Assembly: GCA_046754105.1 (NCBI GenBank) | Contig: JBHHVD010000013.1 | Location: forward strand, 1-44,518 | Direction: 5' to 3' | Origin: Candidatus Krumholzibacteriia bacterium | GTDB lineage: Bacteria > Krumholzibacteriota > Krumholzibacteriia > WVZY01 | Length of the DNA: 44,518 bases | Shown: positions 27,066-36,585 of the stretch, in pieces | Layout: every line of letters starts with the position of its first letter | How positions within the stretch are numbered: position 1 is the stretch's first letter | Made by a program: the position numbers and the translations under genes | The notes under the pieces: model-generated | What the model was told of the DNA's origin: nothing | The model's input: only the letters and a program-made list of their open reading frames with translations | Database searches by the model: none

Positions 27066-29897
27066 ATGATTCGAAGAACCGTGGGCTCCCTTGTTCTTTG
27101 CATCGTGGCGTGCGCTGTTGCGGTGGCGCTGCCCGCCACACCGCTCTGCGCGGCGAAGATGCGCACACACACCGCACCCGGCCTGGGCGCGTACGATGCT
27201 CCTTTCCTCGAAGGGGGCACCTACCGCGGCGACGTCCAGTCACCCACGGAATTTCTGGGTTTCGAACTGGGTTCCGTGCCGATGCGCCACGAGCACGCCC
27301 TGCGGTACTTCCGGTACCTGTCGGGCAATTTTTCGAATGCCTATCTGGCCGAGTACGGTTCCACCTACGAGGGCCGCAAGCTTTTCTACCTCACGGTGAC
27401 ATCGGAATCCCACGCACAAGACCTCGAAGGCGTTCGGGAGCGGATCGGCAAACTCGCCGATCCCCGCAAGAGTTCCGGTGACGGCGAGGCCACCGATATT
27501 ATCAAGACCACACCCGCGGTAGCGTGGATGGCGTATGGGATCCACGGCGACGAGTTGTCCTCGTGCGACGCGGCCGTGCAGCTCGCCTACCAGTTGCTGG
27601 CGGGCACGGATGATGTTACCCGCAACATCCGCGACAACGTGGTGGTGTGCATCGACCCGATGCAAAACCCCGACGGCCGCATGCGCTGGCTCAAACAGAT
27701 GGAGCAGTGGAACAGTGTAGTGCCGAACACGGACGTCGAGAGTCTCCACCACCGCGGCGTCTGGCCGTGGGGCCGGGGCAACCACTACCTGTTCGATCTC
27801 AACCGCGACTGGTTTACGCAGGTGCACCCGGAGAGTCGCGGGCGCATCGACGCCATCCTCAAATGGAACCCGCAGTTCCTCCTCGACTGCCATGAAATGG
27901 GCCCGCTGAACACGTACCTGTTTTCGCCCCCGCGCGAGCCGTTCAACCCGTTCTTGATTTCCCAGATCCACAAGTGGTGGGACGTTTACTCCAAAGACCA
28001 GGCTGATGCGTTCGACGCACACGGCTGGAGCTATTACACGCGCGAGTGGAACGAAGAACTCTTTCCCGGCTACGGCAGCTCATGGGGCAGTCATATCGGC
28101 GCCATAGGGATGCTCTACGAGCAAGCGGGCGTGGATGGATCGGCGGTCAAGCGCCGCGACGGGTCGGTGATGTCGTACCGGGAAACCGTCCATCACCAGT
28201 TCACGAGTTCGATGGCCAACCTGCAGACAACCGCCGACCACCGCGCCGAGCTATTGAGCGATTTCTACGAGGAGAAAAAACGTGACGTCGGCGGCCGCCG
28301 GAAAGGCGCGGCATACGTCGTGGCGCCGTCCGCCAACCGGAGCCGCGTCGAACGCCTGGCCGAAACACTGCAACGACAGAACATCGAGGTAGAAGTGGCC
28401 GAAGGGGATTTCAAGCTGGGCCGTGCCACGAGTGCGTCGGGAAAGGTGGTCAAGGGGCTTGTGCTGCCGAGGGGCTCACTCATCATCCGCGTGAACCAGC
28501 CGATGCGCTCGCTGCTCGAAACCATCCTCGCGTTCGACATTCGCCTCCCTACCGATTTTCTCGAAACGCAGCGCAAGGAACTGCTCAAGCACAACCGCAC
28601 GCGGCTCTACGAGAATACGGGGTGGTCGCTGCTTTTGGGCTATAACCTCGAGTGCTACCGCGCCGAGGCGGTCCCCGGTGTCAAGACGACGCCGTGGGCA
28701 CCGGCGGGCGTCGAGGGCCGTGTCATCGGCGGCCCATCGAGGTACGGCTACGCGGTGGATAACGCCGACGACAGGAGTTTCGTCCTCCTCGCGAGGCTCT
28801 TCGAGCGCGGTTACAGGATATGGGCAGCACGCAAGAAGTTCATAGTCGACGGGCGCTCCTTCGGCCCAGGCAGTTTCGTGCTCCGTAACTCGGCCAACCC
28901 ATCCCTCGAGGAAGCGGACCTCGAGGCGCTGGCCCGGGAGACCGGCGTCCATATTTACAGTGTCAACACGGCGCTGGGGAGGCCGGAGGCGGACCTCGGA
29001 GGAGCCGAGTTCACCCTTCTGCAAAAACCCCGTATCGGTCTGGTCGGCGGCACCAGTATCTCGACCTACGGTTTCGGAGCCATATGGCACATGCTCGACA
29101 GCCGGGTGAACTACATGACCTCCACGCTCGAGGCCACCAGCCTCGGCCGCATGGATCTCAGGAAATACAATGTGATCATCCTGCCGCACAGCGCCGGGCC
29201 CAGTGCTATGAAGCAGTTGATGGGCAAAGGCGGTATCAAGAAACTCAAGACGTGGGTGAAGGACGGCGGCACGCTCATCGCCAACCGAAGCTCTGCCGCT
29301 TTCCTGGCCGATTCGTCGGTTGCCGTCAGCTCCGTACGACAGAAAAGGCAGGTGTTGAAGAAACTGGCCGAGTACGATTCGTGGCGGGAGTGGTCGGTGG
29401 CCGCCGAATCCCCCGAGATCGACAGCCTGGATCTGTGGGACGCGAAGAAAGAAGGCACGGCGAAGAAAGAAGAAGAATCCAAGAGGGATTTCGAGGCGCT
29501 CAAACAAGAGGACGAACTGGCGCGCCGGTTGCGCCCGCGCGGGGTGATATTGAGCGCCGTGCTCGACGACACCCACTGGCTCGCCTTCGGGGAGCGATCG
29601 CCGCTGCCGGTCATGGTATCGACGGGTTACACGTATCTCGATAAGAGGGGCGTCGAGGTCGCGGCGCGATACGCCCGGGAGGGTGAGGTGAGGATGTCGG
29701 GGCTGCTGTGGCCGGAAGCGCGACGCCGCTGGAGCGAGACCGCGTACGCGACCCGCGAACCTCTCGGCGGGGGACAGATCATCCTCTTTGCCGGACATCC
29801 CAATTTCCGGGCGTATTTCCACGGGGGCGAACGCTTGCTGCAAAACGCGATTTTCCTCGGCCCCGGACTCGGTACCAGCACCGAGGTGGAGTGGTAG
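27066..29897 (+). CDS. Secreted M14-family zinc carboxypeptidase with C-terminal GATase-like domain
   Basis: Signal peptide; IHGDE, QNPDG, RGNHYLFDLNRDW, DCHEMG, MLYEQA; C-terminal WVKDGGTLI, GQIILFAGHPNFRAY. Confidence 0.9.
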   Translation: MIRRTVGSLVLCIVACAVAVALPATPLCAAKMRTHTAPGLGAYDAPFLEGGTYRGDVQSPTEFLGFELGSVPMRHEHALRYFRYLSGNFSNAYLAEYGSTYEGRKLFYLTVTSESHAQDLEGVRERIGKLADPRKSSGDGEATDIIKTTPAVAWMAYGIHGDELSSCDAAVQLAYQLLAGTDDVTRNIRDNVVVCIDPMQNPDGRMRWLKQMEQWNSVVPNTDVESLHHRGVWPWGRGNHYLFDLNRDWFTQVHPESRGRIDAILKWNPQFLLDCHEMGPLNTYLFSPPREPFNPFLISQIHKWWDVYSKDQADAFDAHGWSYYTREWNEELFPGYGSSWGSHIGAIGMLYEQAGVDGSAVKRRDGSVMSYRETVHHQFTSSMANLQTTADHRAELLSDFYEEKKRDVGGRRKGAAYVVAPSANRSRVERLAETLQRQNIEVEVAEGDFKLGRATSASGKVVKGLVLPRGSLIIRVNQPMRSLLETILAFDIRLPTDFLETQRKELLKHNRTRLYENTGWSLLLGYNLECYRAEAVPGVKTTPWAPAGVEGRVIGGPSRYGYAVDNADDRSFVLLARLFERGYRIWAARKKFIVDGRSFGPGSFVLRNSANPSLEEADLEALARETGVHIYSVNTALGRPEADLGGAEFTLLQKPRIGLVGGTSISTYGFGAIWHMLDSRVNYMTSTLEATSLGRMDLRKYNVIILPHSAGPSAMKQLMGKGGIKKLKTWVKDGGTLIANRSSAAFLADSSVAVSSVRQKRQVLKKLAEYDSWREWSVAAESPEIDSLDLWDAKKEGTAKKEEESKRDFEALKQEDELARRLRPRGVILSAVLDDTHWLAFGERSPLPVMVSTGYTYLDKRGVEVAARYAREGEVRMSGLLWPEARRRWSETAYATREPLGGGQIILFAGHPNFRAYFHGGERLLQNAIFLGPGLGTSTEVEW

Positions 29898-29931
29898 TGA
29901 TAGCGGCGGTCCGGGAACAAGGAGGGTCCCG

Positions 29932-30747
29932 ATGAAACGCAATCTGAGGACACGAGTTTTGGGACGACAGCGAACCGCTTCGGCAAGTTTGGGGGTCGCG
30001 GTGGCCGTCGCCGCGTTTTTCTCCGCGGGCGCGCCGGGGCTTGCCGGACGCAACGCGCTCGCCGGCTCGCGTTCCCGCAAAGCGGACAAGATCATACGAA
30101 AACACGTCAAAGCAATGGGCGGAATGGAAAACATACTGGCGGTCGACAATATGAAAGTGACCGGCTATATGGAGATAGAAGGCATCGAAATCGATTTCAC
30201 CGTGTGGATGCAGCGTCCCAATCGCAGCCGGATGGAAATGAGCCTGCCCGGCCTCGATATCATCCAGGGCTTCGACGGCGAGACGGCGTGGTGGGTAAAC
30301 CCGCTCGCCGGTACCGGCGAGCCCGAGGAAATGCCCGCGGCCCTCGCCCGCGAGCTGCTGCGGTGGACGGAGTTCGACGGGCCGCTCGTTAATTACAAGA
30401 AGAAGCAACACCGGGTCGAGTACGCCGGCCGGCAAGCGCTGGGCGGGGGTCGTACGGCGCACAAGATCGAGTTGACCCGCAAGAATCGGGAAGTCTGGCG
30501 CGTCTTTATCGATACCGAGAGCTACCTCGAAGTCATGCGAACCTACGAGACCACGATCCGCGGCAAGGCGGTGGAGGTGACCACCCGTTTTTCAGATTTC
30601 ACGCAGGTCGAGGGGCTGACGGCGCCGCGTCTCATCGAAGGTCTGGCGGTCAACGGTTCGCCGTACAGGATGGTATTCGAGACCTTCACGGCGGGCGAGA
30701 AGGTCGACAAGGAGTTCTTCTCGATGACCGGCGCGCTGGACCGTTAA
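29932..30747 (+). CDS. Exported LolA-like (outer-membrane lipoprotein-sorting fold) protein
   Basis: ADKIIRKHVKAMGG, RPNRSRME, QGFDGETAW, FIDTESYL, FSDF..VEGLTAP. Start ATG 29932 after SD AAGGAGG. Confidence 0.7.
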   Translation: MKRNLRTRVLGRQRTASASLGVAVAVAAFFSAGAPGLAGRNALAGSRSRKADKIIRKHVKAMGGMENILAVDNMKVTGYMEIEGIEIDFTVWMQRPNRSRMEMSLPGLDIIQGFDGETAWWVNPLAGTGEPEEMPAALARELLRWTEFDGPLVNYKKKQHRVEYAGRQALGGGRTAHKIELTRKNREVWRVFIDTESYLEVMRTYETTIRGKAVEVTTRFSDFTQVEGLTAPRLIEGLAVNGSPYRMVFETFTAGEKVDKEFFSMTGALDR

Positions 30748-30775
30748 CGCCCGCGCGCAGGCTTCGAGCACGCGT

Positions 30776-30855
30776 AGGCTGTTCGCTGACAGGACCCGCA
30801 TCGGGCCGCGCCGGATCCTCGCTCGCTCCTGCGAACGTCCCGTCGACAACCCCCG
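30776..30855. repeat. Intergenic REP/BIME-like repeat, copy 3 (module B followed by module A)
   Basis: 30776-30807 matches 6786-6817; 30814-30855 matches 66-107. Confidence 0.85.
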
Positions 30856-30909
30856 GGCCCGCCCCAAGCAACCGAGCGCAACCGGCCGCGGACATCGGCC
30901 CAGGGGACC

Positions 30910-31773
30910 ATGATCTACCTCGTTCTCGCAGCCATCGTGTGGGGAAGCTCCTTCCCGGTCATCACGTATGCGCTGGGCGACATTTCGCCCGTGTTGTTCC
31001 TCGTCCTGCGCTTCTTCACCGCCTTTTCGATACTGCTCGCGCGCCATCATACCCGCAAGGATCTCGCGCGGCTCTTTCGGCGCGACCTCATCCTGGTCTC
31101 GATTCCCAACGCCCTGGCTTTCATTCTGCAATTCAAGGCGCAGGAGTATACGACCGCCTCCAAGACGGCGCTCTTCGTCAACTCGAGCCCGGTGTTCGTC
31201 GTCATGCTGTCGGCGGTCCTGTGGCGGGAACGTTTTGGCAAGCGGCAACTCGCCGCGATGCTCGTTGCACTCAGCGGCGTCGTGATTACGAGCACGCGGC
31301 TCGATTTCTCGGGCTTCTCCACGATAAACCTGGGTGACGTTCTTTGTATCGCCGTCGGGCTCACCTGGGCGGTGTTCATCCTGGCGTCCAAGCATCTCAC
31401 GAAACGCTACGGGCCCTACGAAATGTCACAGGCGCTGTATTTCTGGTCGGCGGTCATGGCCCTGCCGCTTCTCGGGCTGGAGACGGCACGCTTCGCATGG
31501 CGAAGCACGCTGCCGATCCTCTACCTGGCCGTATTCCCGACCATCCTGGGATACGTGTTTTACCTCAAGGGCGTGCGGTCGGTGTCGTCGCTGGCGACGT
31601 CCATCATCATTCTAATAGAAGTCGTTGTGGCATTTCTCATTTCACACTTCTTACTCGGCGAATCCTTCTCACTCGTTGAGTCGGTCGGCGTCGCCATGGT
31701 GATGACCGGTGTCGTGATGGTGTTCGGTAGGTCGAGGCCGCTGCGCGTCCCGGACGAGTGCCGGCCGGCGTGA
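30910..31773 (+). CDS. EamA/DMT-family transporter
   Basis: VWGSSFPVI, LRF, SPVFV...LWRERFG, GD, LLGESFS; two EamA halves, about 10 TM helices. Confidence 0.92.
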   Translation: MIYLVLAAIVWGSSFPVITYALGDISPVLFLVLRFFTAFSILLARHHTRKDLARLFRRDLILVSIPNALAFILQFKAQEYTTASKTALFVNSSPVFVVMLSAVLWRERFGKRQLAAMLVALSGVVITSTRLDFSGFSTINLGDVLCIAVGLTWAVFILASKHLTKRYGPYEMSQALYFWSAVMALPLLGLETARFAWRSTLPILYLAVFPTILGYVFYLKGVRSVSSLATSIIILIEVVVAFLISHFLLGESFSLVESVGVAMVMTGVVMVFGRSRPLRVPDECRPA

Positions 31774-31779
31774 TTCGGC

Positions 31780-31808
31780 TTGTCTCTGCCGAAACGGCTT
31801 GGTATAAT
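31780..31808 (+). promoter_or_regulatory. Strong sigma70-type promoter TTGTCT-N17-TATAAT with extended -10 TG
   Basis: -35 at 31780-31785, consensus -10 at 31803-31808. Confidence 0.75.
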
Positions 31809-31879
31809 CATGACTAGCCCACCCAGTGCCTGGAAATTCAGAGTCCATACGTTACGGTTCGAACCGCCAGGAGTGCCTC

Positions 31880-33283
31880 ATGAAACCGAACATCCGCCGC
31901 CGTCTGACCGAGATTCGTCGAGCCACGATCGTCGGCGTGCTCGTCGTGGTATCCCCGCTCGCTCACCTGTCCGTGGACGGTGCCGGTGTGCGGCCCGTGG
32001 CCGCCGCCGATTCCATCACGCTTCTGGGGCAGCTCGACCTGGCACCGGGGTCGACCCTCAATTCGGATATCTGGGGCTGGCTGGATCCAGTTACCTTGAA
32101 GGAATACGCGATCGTAGGAGAGTGGAACGGACCACGCGTCTACATCGTCGACGTCTCGGACCCGGTGAACCCGGTCGTTGCCTCGACCATCACGAGCACG
32201 TTTGGTTTTGGCTTCGACGTCAAGACCTGGGATCACTACCTCTACACCGTGGACGGCAACGGCAACGGCAACGACGGGCAGATCTACGATATCGCGAATC
32301 CGGCCGCGCCGGTCTTCGTCGGCAATTTTCTCTCTGCGCACAACATCTTCATCGACGACAACGGCATCATGTACAACGAGATTACGGGGCTTACGATCTT
32401 CGATCTCAAACCTGACCCGACCAGTCCGGCATTCTTGTGGAGCGGGGGTGTGGAGGGCCACGATGCCACCGCGGTGGGGAACATGCTCTACGATTTTCAC
32501 GGCACGGCGGGGACGTTCATCTACGACATCACCAACCCGTCGGGCCCGGTGCTGCTGGGCTCGATCACCGATCCCGGCATCTTCTATCACCACAGTGGCT
32601 GGGCATCGGCGGACGGCAACTATCTCTACATAAATGATGAACTGGCCAGCGGCCCGGTTCCCGACATCACGGTCTGGGATATCGGCAACCCCAACGCTCC
32701 TGTCAAGGTCGACCAATTTGCTGACTCGAACGCCACCATTCACAACACGTTTCGGGTCGGCAGCTTTCTTTTTGCCTCGTACTACAACGCGGGCTTCCGG
32801 GTGTTCGATATCAGCAACCCGCTCGCCATTCAGCTCGCGGACGAGTTCGACACGTCAGCCTTTGCCGGGGAAGGATTCAATGGCGCCTGGGGATGTTATC
32901 CCTTCGCCCCGTCGGGCAATATCTACGTCAGCGACATGCAAAACGGGCTCTACCTCTTTTCCTTCAGCGGCACGACGCCGACCGGCATTCCGAAACGGCC
33001 GGCGGGCCGTTTTGCGCTGAATCAGAATTTCCCCAACCCGTTCAACCCCACGACGATGATTACCTATACCCTGCAAACGCCGGGCAACGTCGTGCTGACC
33101 ATCTTCGACGCGACGGGCGGCAAGGTCCGCACGCTTCTCAACGAGCGCCAGGGCGCGGGTCCGCACGCGGTGACATGGAACGGCCGCGACGGCCATAGCC
33201 GGACGGTGGCGTCGGGGGTCTATTTCTACCGGCTCGAAGCCGGGGGAACTACCGATACCCGCCGCATGGTTCTCCTCAAGTAG
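31880..33283 (+). CDS. Secreted choice-of-anchor-B / LVIVD-type beta-propeller with FlgD-Ig (T9SS-like) C-terminal domain
   Basis: SDIWGW, EYAIVG, IVDVSDP, DVKTW, AHNIFID, YHHSGW, INDEL, IHN, GAWGCYPF, VSDMQNGL; CTD QNFPNPFNP...WNGRD...ASGVYFYRL. Start ATG 31880 after SD AGGAG. Confidence 0.85.
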   Translation: MKPNIRRRLTEIRRATIVGVLVVVSPLAHLSVDGAGVRPVAAADSITLLGQLDLAPGSTLNSDIWGWLDPVTLKEYAIVGEWNGPRVYIVDVSDPVNPVVASTITSTFGFGFDVKTWDHYLYTVDGNGNGNDGQIYDIANPAAPVFVGNFLSAHNIFIDDNGIMYNEITGLTIFDLKPDPTSPAFLWSGGVEGHDATAVGNMLYDFHGTAGTFIYDITNPSGPVLLGSITDPGIFYHHSGWASADGNYLYINDELASGPVPDITVWDIGNPNAPVKVDQFADSNATIHNTFRVGSFLFASYYNAGFRVFDISNPLAIQLADEFDTSAFAGEGFNGAWGCYPFAPSGNIYVSDMQNGLYLFSFSGTTPTGIPKRPAGRFALNQNFPNPFNPTTMITYTLQTPGNVVLTIFDATGGKVRTLLNERQGAGPHAVTWNGRDGHSRTVASGVYFYRLEAGGTTDTRRMVLLK

Positions 33284-33301
33284 CGGCGCCCGGGTGGACG
33301 T

Positions 33302-34921
33302 ATGCGGATTTATCGCGCGATACTTCTTGTCGTATCCGTTGCAGCGGCCGTGCCGCCTGGCGGCGCGCGTGCGGGCGGGGGTACCGTTGCCCTGTTGGGG
33401 CAGCTTGCGCTGCCCAACCCGCGTTTCATCACCGACGTCTGGGGGTACGTCGACGGCGTGACGGGAAGAGAATACGCGCTGGTCGGTACCCGTATCGGCC
33501 AGGAGGGGTTCTATATCATCGACGTCACCAACCCAGGCGTGCCGACCTTCACGAGCCAGGCCAACTTTTCCATTGGGTTCGACATCAAGGTGTGGGATCA
33601 CTACGCGTACACGGTCACCGGCGCCGGCGGAGGCGGCGGCCGGGTCGTGGATATCGCCAACGTGCTGCTTCCGAGTGTGGCCGGCAGTTTCGATTCGTCG
33701 CACAACATCTTTATCGACGACCAGGGGTTTCTTTACGAGTCGGCGGCGGGTCTCCCGCAGGAGTTGCGGATCTACGACCTGAACCCCTCGCCGGCCAGTC
33801 CCACCGGTCCGGTATGGAACGACGGCCTGTGGAGCGCCCATGACGTTTCGGTCGTCGACAGCATTCTCTACGACTTTCACGGCGTAAACGGGACTCGTAT
33901 CTACGACGTGAGGAACCCCGCGGCGCCGGTGTTTCTGGGCGGGATCACCGATCCCAACATTGCATTTCACCACAGCGGCTATCCGACCGGGGATCACCGG
34001 CATCTCCTTATCTGCGACGAGCTGGCGACGGATCCCGCACCGGACGTAACGGTCTGGAACATCGAGGATCTCACCAACCCATTCAAGGTCGCCGAGATCC
34101 GGGACTCGACGGCGACCGTGCACAACGTCTATATCGTCGGTAACTTCGCCTACTTCTCCCACTACACGTCCGGGTTCAAGGTCTACGATATAAGCGATCC
34201 CACGCAGCCGCTCCTGGCAGATGAGTTCGACACCTCGGCGCTCTCCGGCGAGGGATTCCTCGGCGCATTCGGCGTGTACCCGTTTGCGCCGTCCGCCAAT
34301 ATCTACGTGAGCGACATGGATAACGGTCTCTACGTATTCTCGTTCACGCCCGACATAACGGCGGTGACCTTTGCCGCCTTCGATGCGGAGTACGAGAACG
34401 GCCGCGTGCACCTGTCGTGGGCGATTGCAAGCGCCGACGGACTCGAGGGCTATCACGTGTACCGCTCGAGGGAGCCCGGCGACGGCTACCGGCGTCTCAA
34501 CCCGGGCCTGGTCCCGGCGGCCGCGGGGCACACCTACGAAGACACCACGGCCGAACCGGGCGTCACGTACTGGTACCGCCTCGGCGCGGTGGACCGGGAC
34601 GGCGAGTTTCTCTCGCCGGAGCGCCGGATCACCGTTCCGCTTCGTGCCTTGAGTCTGCGGCAGAATGTGCCCAACCCTTTCAACCCCTCCACGGCCATCA
34701 CCTACGACCTGCCCGCAGCGGGGCGCGTACGCCTTGCCGTCTACGACCCGCTGGGCCGGCACGTGCGAACGCTGGTCGACGGGGTACGGCCCGCCGGCGT
34801 CGCGACGGCCACCTGGAACGGCACCGACGACAACGGGCGTCCGGCGGCGTCCGGCGTCTATTTTTGCCGGCTTACCGTGGACGGCCAAAGCCGCACCCGC
34901 CAGATGCTCCTGCTCAAATGA
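33302..34921 (+). CDS. Second choice-of-anchor-B-like propeller paralog with an extra Ig/FN3-like domain and FlgD-Ig CTD
   Basis: Same motif series (TDVWGY, SHNIFID, FHHSGY, CDEL, VHN, GAFGVYPF) plus 'VHLSW...GYHVYRS...YEDTT...YWYRL' and QNVPNPFNP CTD. Confidence 0.85.
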   Translation: MRIYRAILLVVSVAAAVPPGGARAGGGTVALLGQLALPNPRFITDVWGYVDGVTGREYALVGTRIGQEGFYIIDVTNPGVPTFTSQANFSIGFDIKVWDHYAYTVTGAGGGGGRVVDIANVLLPSVAGSFDSSHNIFIDDQGFLYESAAGLPQELRIYDLNPSPASPTGPVWNDGLWSAHDVSVVDSILYDFHGVNGTRIYDVRNPAAPVFLGGITDPNIAFHHSGYPTGDHRHLLICDELATDPAPDVTVWNIEDLTNPFKVAEIRDSTATVHNVYIVGNFAYFSHYTSGFKVYDISDPTQPLLADEFDTSALSGEGFLGAFGVYPFAPSANIYVSDMDNGLYVFSFTPDITAVTFAAFDAEYENGRVHLSWAIASADGLEGYHVYRSREPGDGYRRLNPGLVPAAAGHTYEDTTAEPGVTYWYRLGAVDRDGEFLSPERRITVPLRALSLRQNVPNPFNPSTAITYDLPAAGRVRLAVYDPLGRHVRTLVDGVRPAGVATATWNGTDDNGRPAASGVYFCRLTVDGQSRTRQMLLLK

Positions 34922-34982
34922 TATGGAAACGGCTGGAGCTGAACCTCCGATCGCCGAAGGGCCCGGCCGGACCTTCGTCTTC

Positions 34983-35043
34983 GAACCTACCGGGCCTGGC
35001 AGACGGTATTCCGGGAACCTTGTTGCCGGATGCGACGTATTCC
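34983..35043 (+). promoter_or_regulatory. Tandem ECF-type promoter motifs GAACCT-N17/N16-GTATTCC
   Basis: 34983-35012 and 35015-35043; the second reads GGAAC-N17-CGTA. Confidence 0.55.
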
Positions 35044-35102
35044 ACTAGTATTAGACGGTTTCGCCCACCAACCCGGCACGCGTTCAAAGGACGACACACA
35101 CA

Positions 35103-36500
35103 ATGAATATCCAGTTCTTCGGTGGCGCACAAACCGTCACCGGCTCGCAGCACCTGCTCACGATCAACGGCCAGAAGATCCTGCTCGAATGCGGCCTGTT
35201 CCAGGGCCGCCGCAAGGACACCTACGAAATGAATCTCAACTTCGAGCACAATCCTGCCAAAGTGGACGCGATGCTGCTCTCGCACGCCCATATCGACCAC
35301 TGCGGCAACATTCCAAACCTGTACAAGAACGGGTACCGCGGGGACATCTACACGACGGCGGCGACGGCGGACCTGTGCCAGATCATGCTGCGCGACTCGG
35401 CATACCTCAATCAGAAGGACGTCGAATGGGTCAACCAGATCCGGGCCTCGCGGCACGAAGAGCCGATTGAGCCCCTCTATTCCATTGAAGATACGGAAGA
35501 GGCCCTGAGGCTTTTCGTGGGTATCCAGTACCACAAACCCCTGACCCTGGCGCCGGGGGTGACGGCGACCTTTTACGACGCGGGGCACATTCTGGGGTCG
35601 GCCGGGATCCTGCTCGAAATCGAGGAGAACGGCAAGAAAACCCGGCTTGGTTTCAGCGGCGACGTGGGGAGGGAATCCGTACCCATCCTTCGCGACCCGC
35701 AGCCGCTTCCCGACCTCGACGCGCTCATTATAGAGAGCACGTACGGCGACCGCGAGCATCCCGAGGGCAGCTTCTGCGACCAGGAGCTCGCCGACCTGGT
35801 CAACACCGTCCACAAACGCGGCGGCAAGCTCATCATTCCCGCCTTTGCCGTGGGGCGGACGCAGCTACTCGTCTATACGTTTCACCGTCTCCTCGAAGAG
35901 GAGCGTATCCCGAAGATCCCGATTTACGTCGACAGCCCGATGGCGTGCAACGCCACCGACGTGTTCCGCGCGCACCCGGAGGTGTTCGACCGCGAGGCCT
36001 ACGATCATTTCATGAATGATGAAATCAACCCGTTCGCGCCGGAGGGGTTCGCCTGTATACGCAGCGCGGATGCGTCGAGAAAGCTGAATCGTATCGAGGA
36101 CCCGCAGATTATCATCGCCGCCTCGGGCATGATGGAAGGCGGCCGTATCCTGCATCATCTCAAACACAATATCGAAAACCCGAAGAACATGCTGCTCTTC
36201 GTGGGATTCGCCGCCGAGCACACGCTCGCACGGCGGCTCATGGAAGGCGCGAAGAAGGCAAAGGTTTTTGGCGAGGAATACGACGTCAACGCCGAGGTCA
36301 GGATCATGCCGTATTTCAGCGGGCACGCGGATCGGCACGGGCTGATGAAAATGGCCACGGCCACGCCGCCCGACCGTCTGAAGACGGTGTTTCTGGTGCA
36401 CGGAGAGAAGAGCCAGTCGTTTGCGTTCAAGGATCGCTTACACGCTGAAGGATACAAGACGGTCCACGTCCCGGAACGCCTGGCGTCGTATACGATTTAG
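35103..36500 (+). CDS. Metallo-beta-lactamase / beta-CASP ribonuclease (Ysh1/CPSF73-like)
   Basis: VTGS, SHAHIDHCG, AGHILGS, FSGD, ESTYG, PAFAVGRTQ, ASGMMEGGRI, FSGHAD, VHGE. Confidence 0.93.
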   Translation: MNIQFFGGAQTVTGSQHLLTINGQKILLECGLFQGRRKDTYEMNLNFEHNPAKVDAMLLSHAHIDHCGNIPNLYKNGYRGDIYTTAATADLCQIMLRDSAYLNQKDVEWVNQIRASRHEEPIEPLYSIEDTEEALRLFVGIQYHKPLTLAPGVTATFYDAGHILGSAGILLEIEENGKKTRLGFSGDVGRESVPILRDPQPLPDLDALIIESTYGDREHPEGSFCDQELADLVNTVHKRGGKLIIPAFAVGRTQLLVYTFHRLLEEERIPKIPIYVDSPMACNATDVFRAHPEVFDREAYDHFMNDEINPFAPEGFACIRSADASRKLNRIEDPQIIIAASGMMEGGRILHHLKHNIENPKNMLLFVGFAAEHTLARRLMEGAKKAKVFGEEYDVNAEVRIMPYFSGHADRHGLMKMATATPPDRLKTVFLVHGEKSQSFAFKDRLHAEGYKTVHVPERLASYTI

Positions 36501-36585
36501 CAGTTGAGGCTCCTGGCAACGGGGTCGCCGGTCCCGGGTGGCGCGCCGGCACGGCCCTCGCAAGTAACGATCACTGGAGGTAGAA

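Noticed and set aside
29788..29931. ORF-track upstream starts here and at 3024, 9820, 13516, 19750, 31826 and 38757
   Set aside because: Each overlaps a neighbouring gene or promoter, or lacks an SD. Downstream starts with an SD, signal peptide or promoter fit are better supported.
28476..30149. 557-aa minus-strand ORF, and similar long shadows at 36880-38181, 1704-2918, 23422-24606 and 43203-44414
   Set aside because: All overlap motif-bearing genes in another frame or strand and show no recognisable domains.
32855..34888. 677-aa minus-strand ORF
   Set aside because: Antisense shadow of the two well-supported propeller genes; Arg/Val/Gly-rich with no motifs, as expected from high GC3 codon bias.
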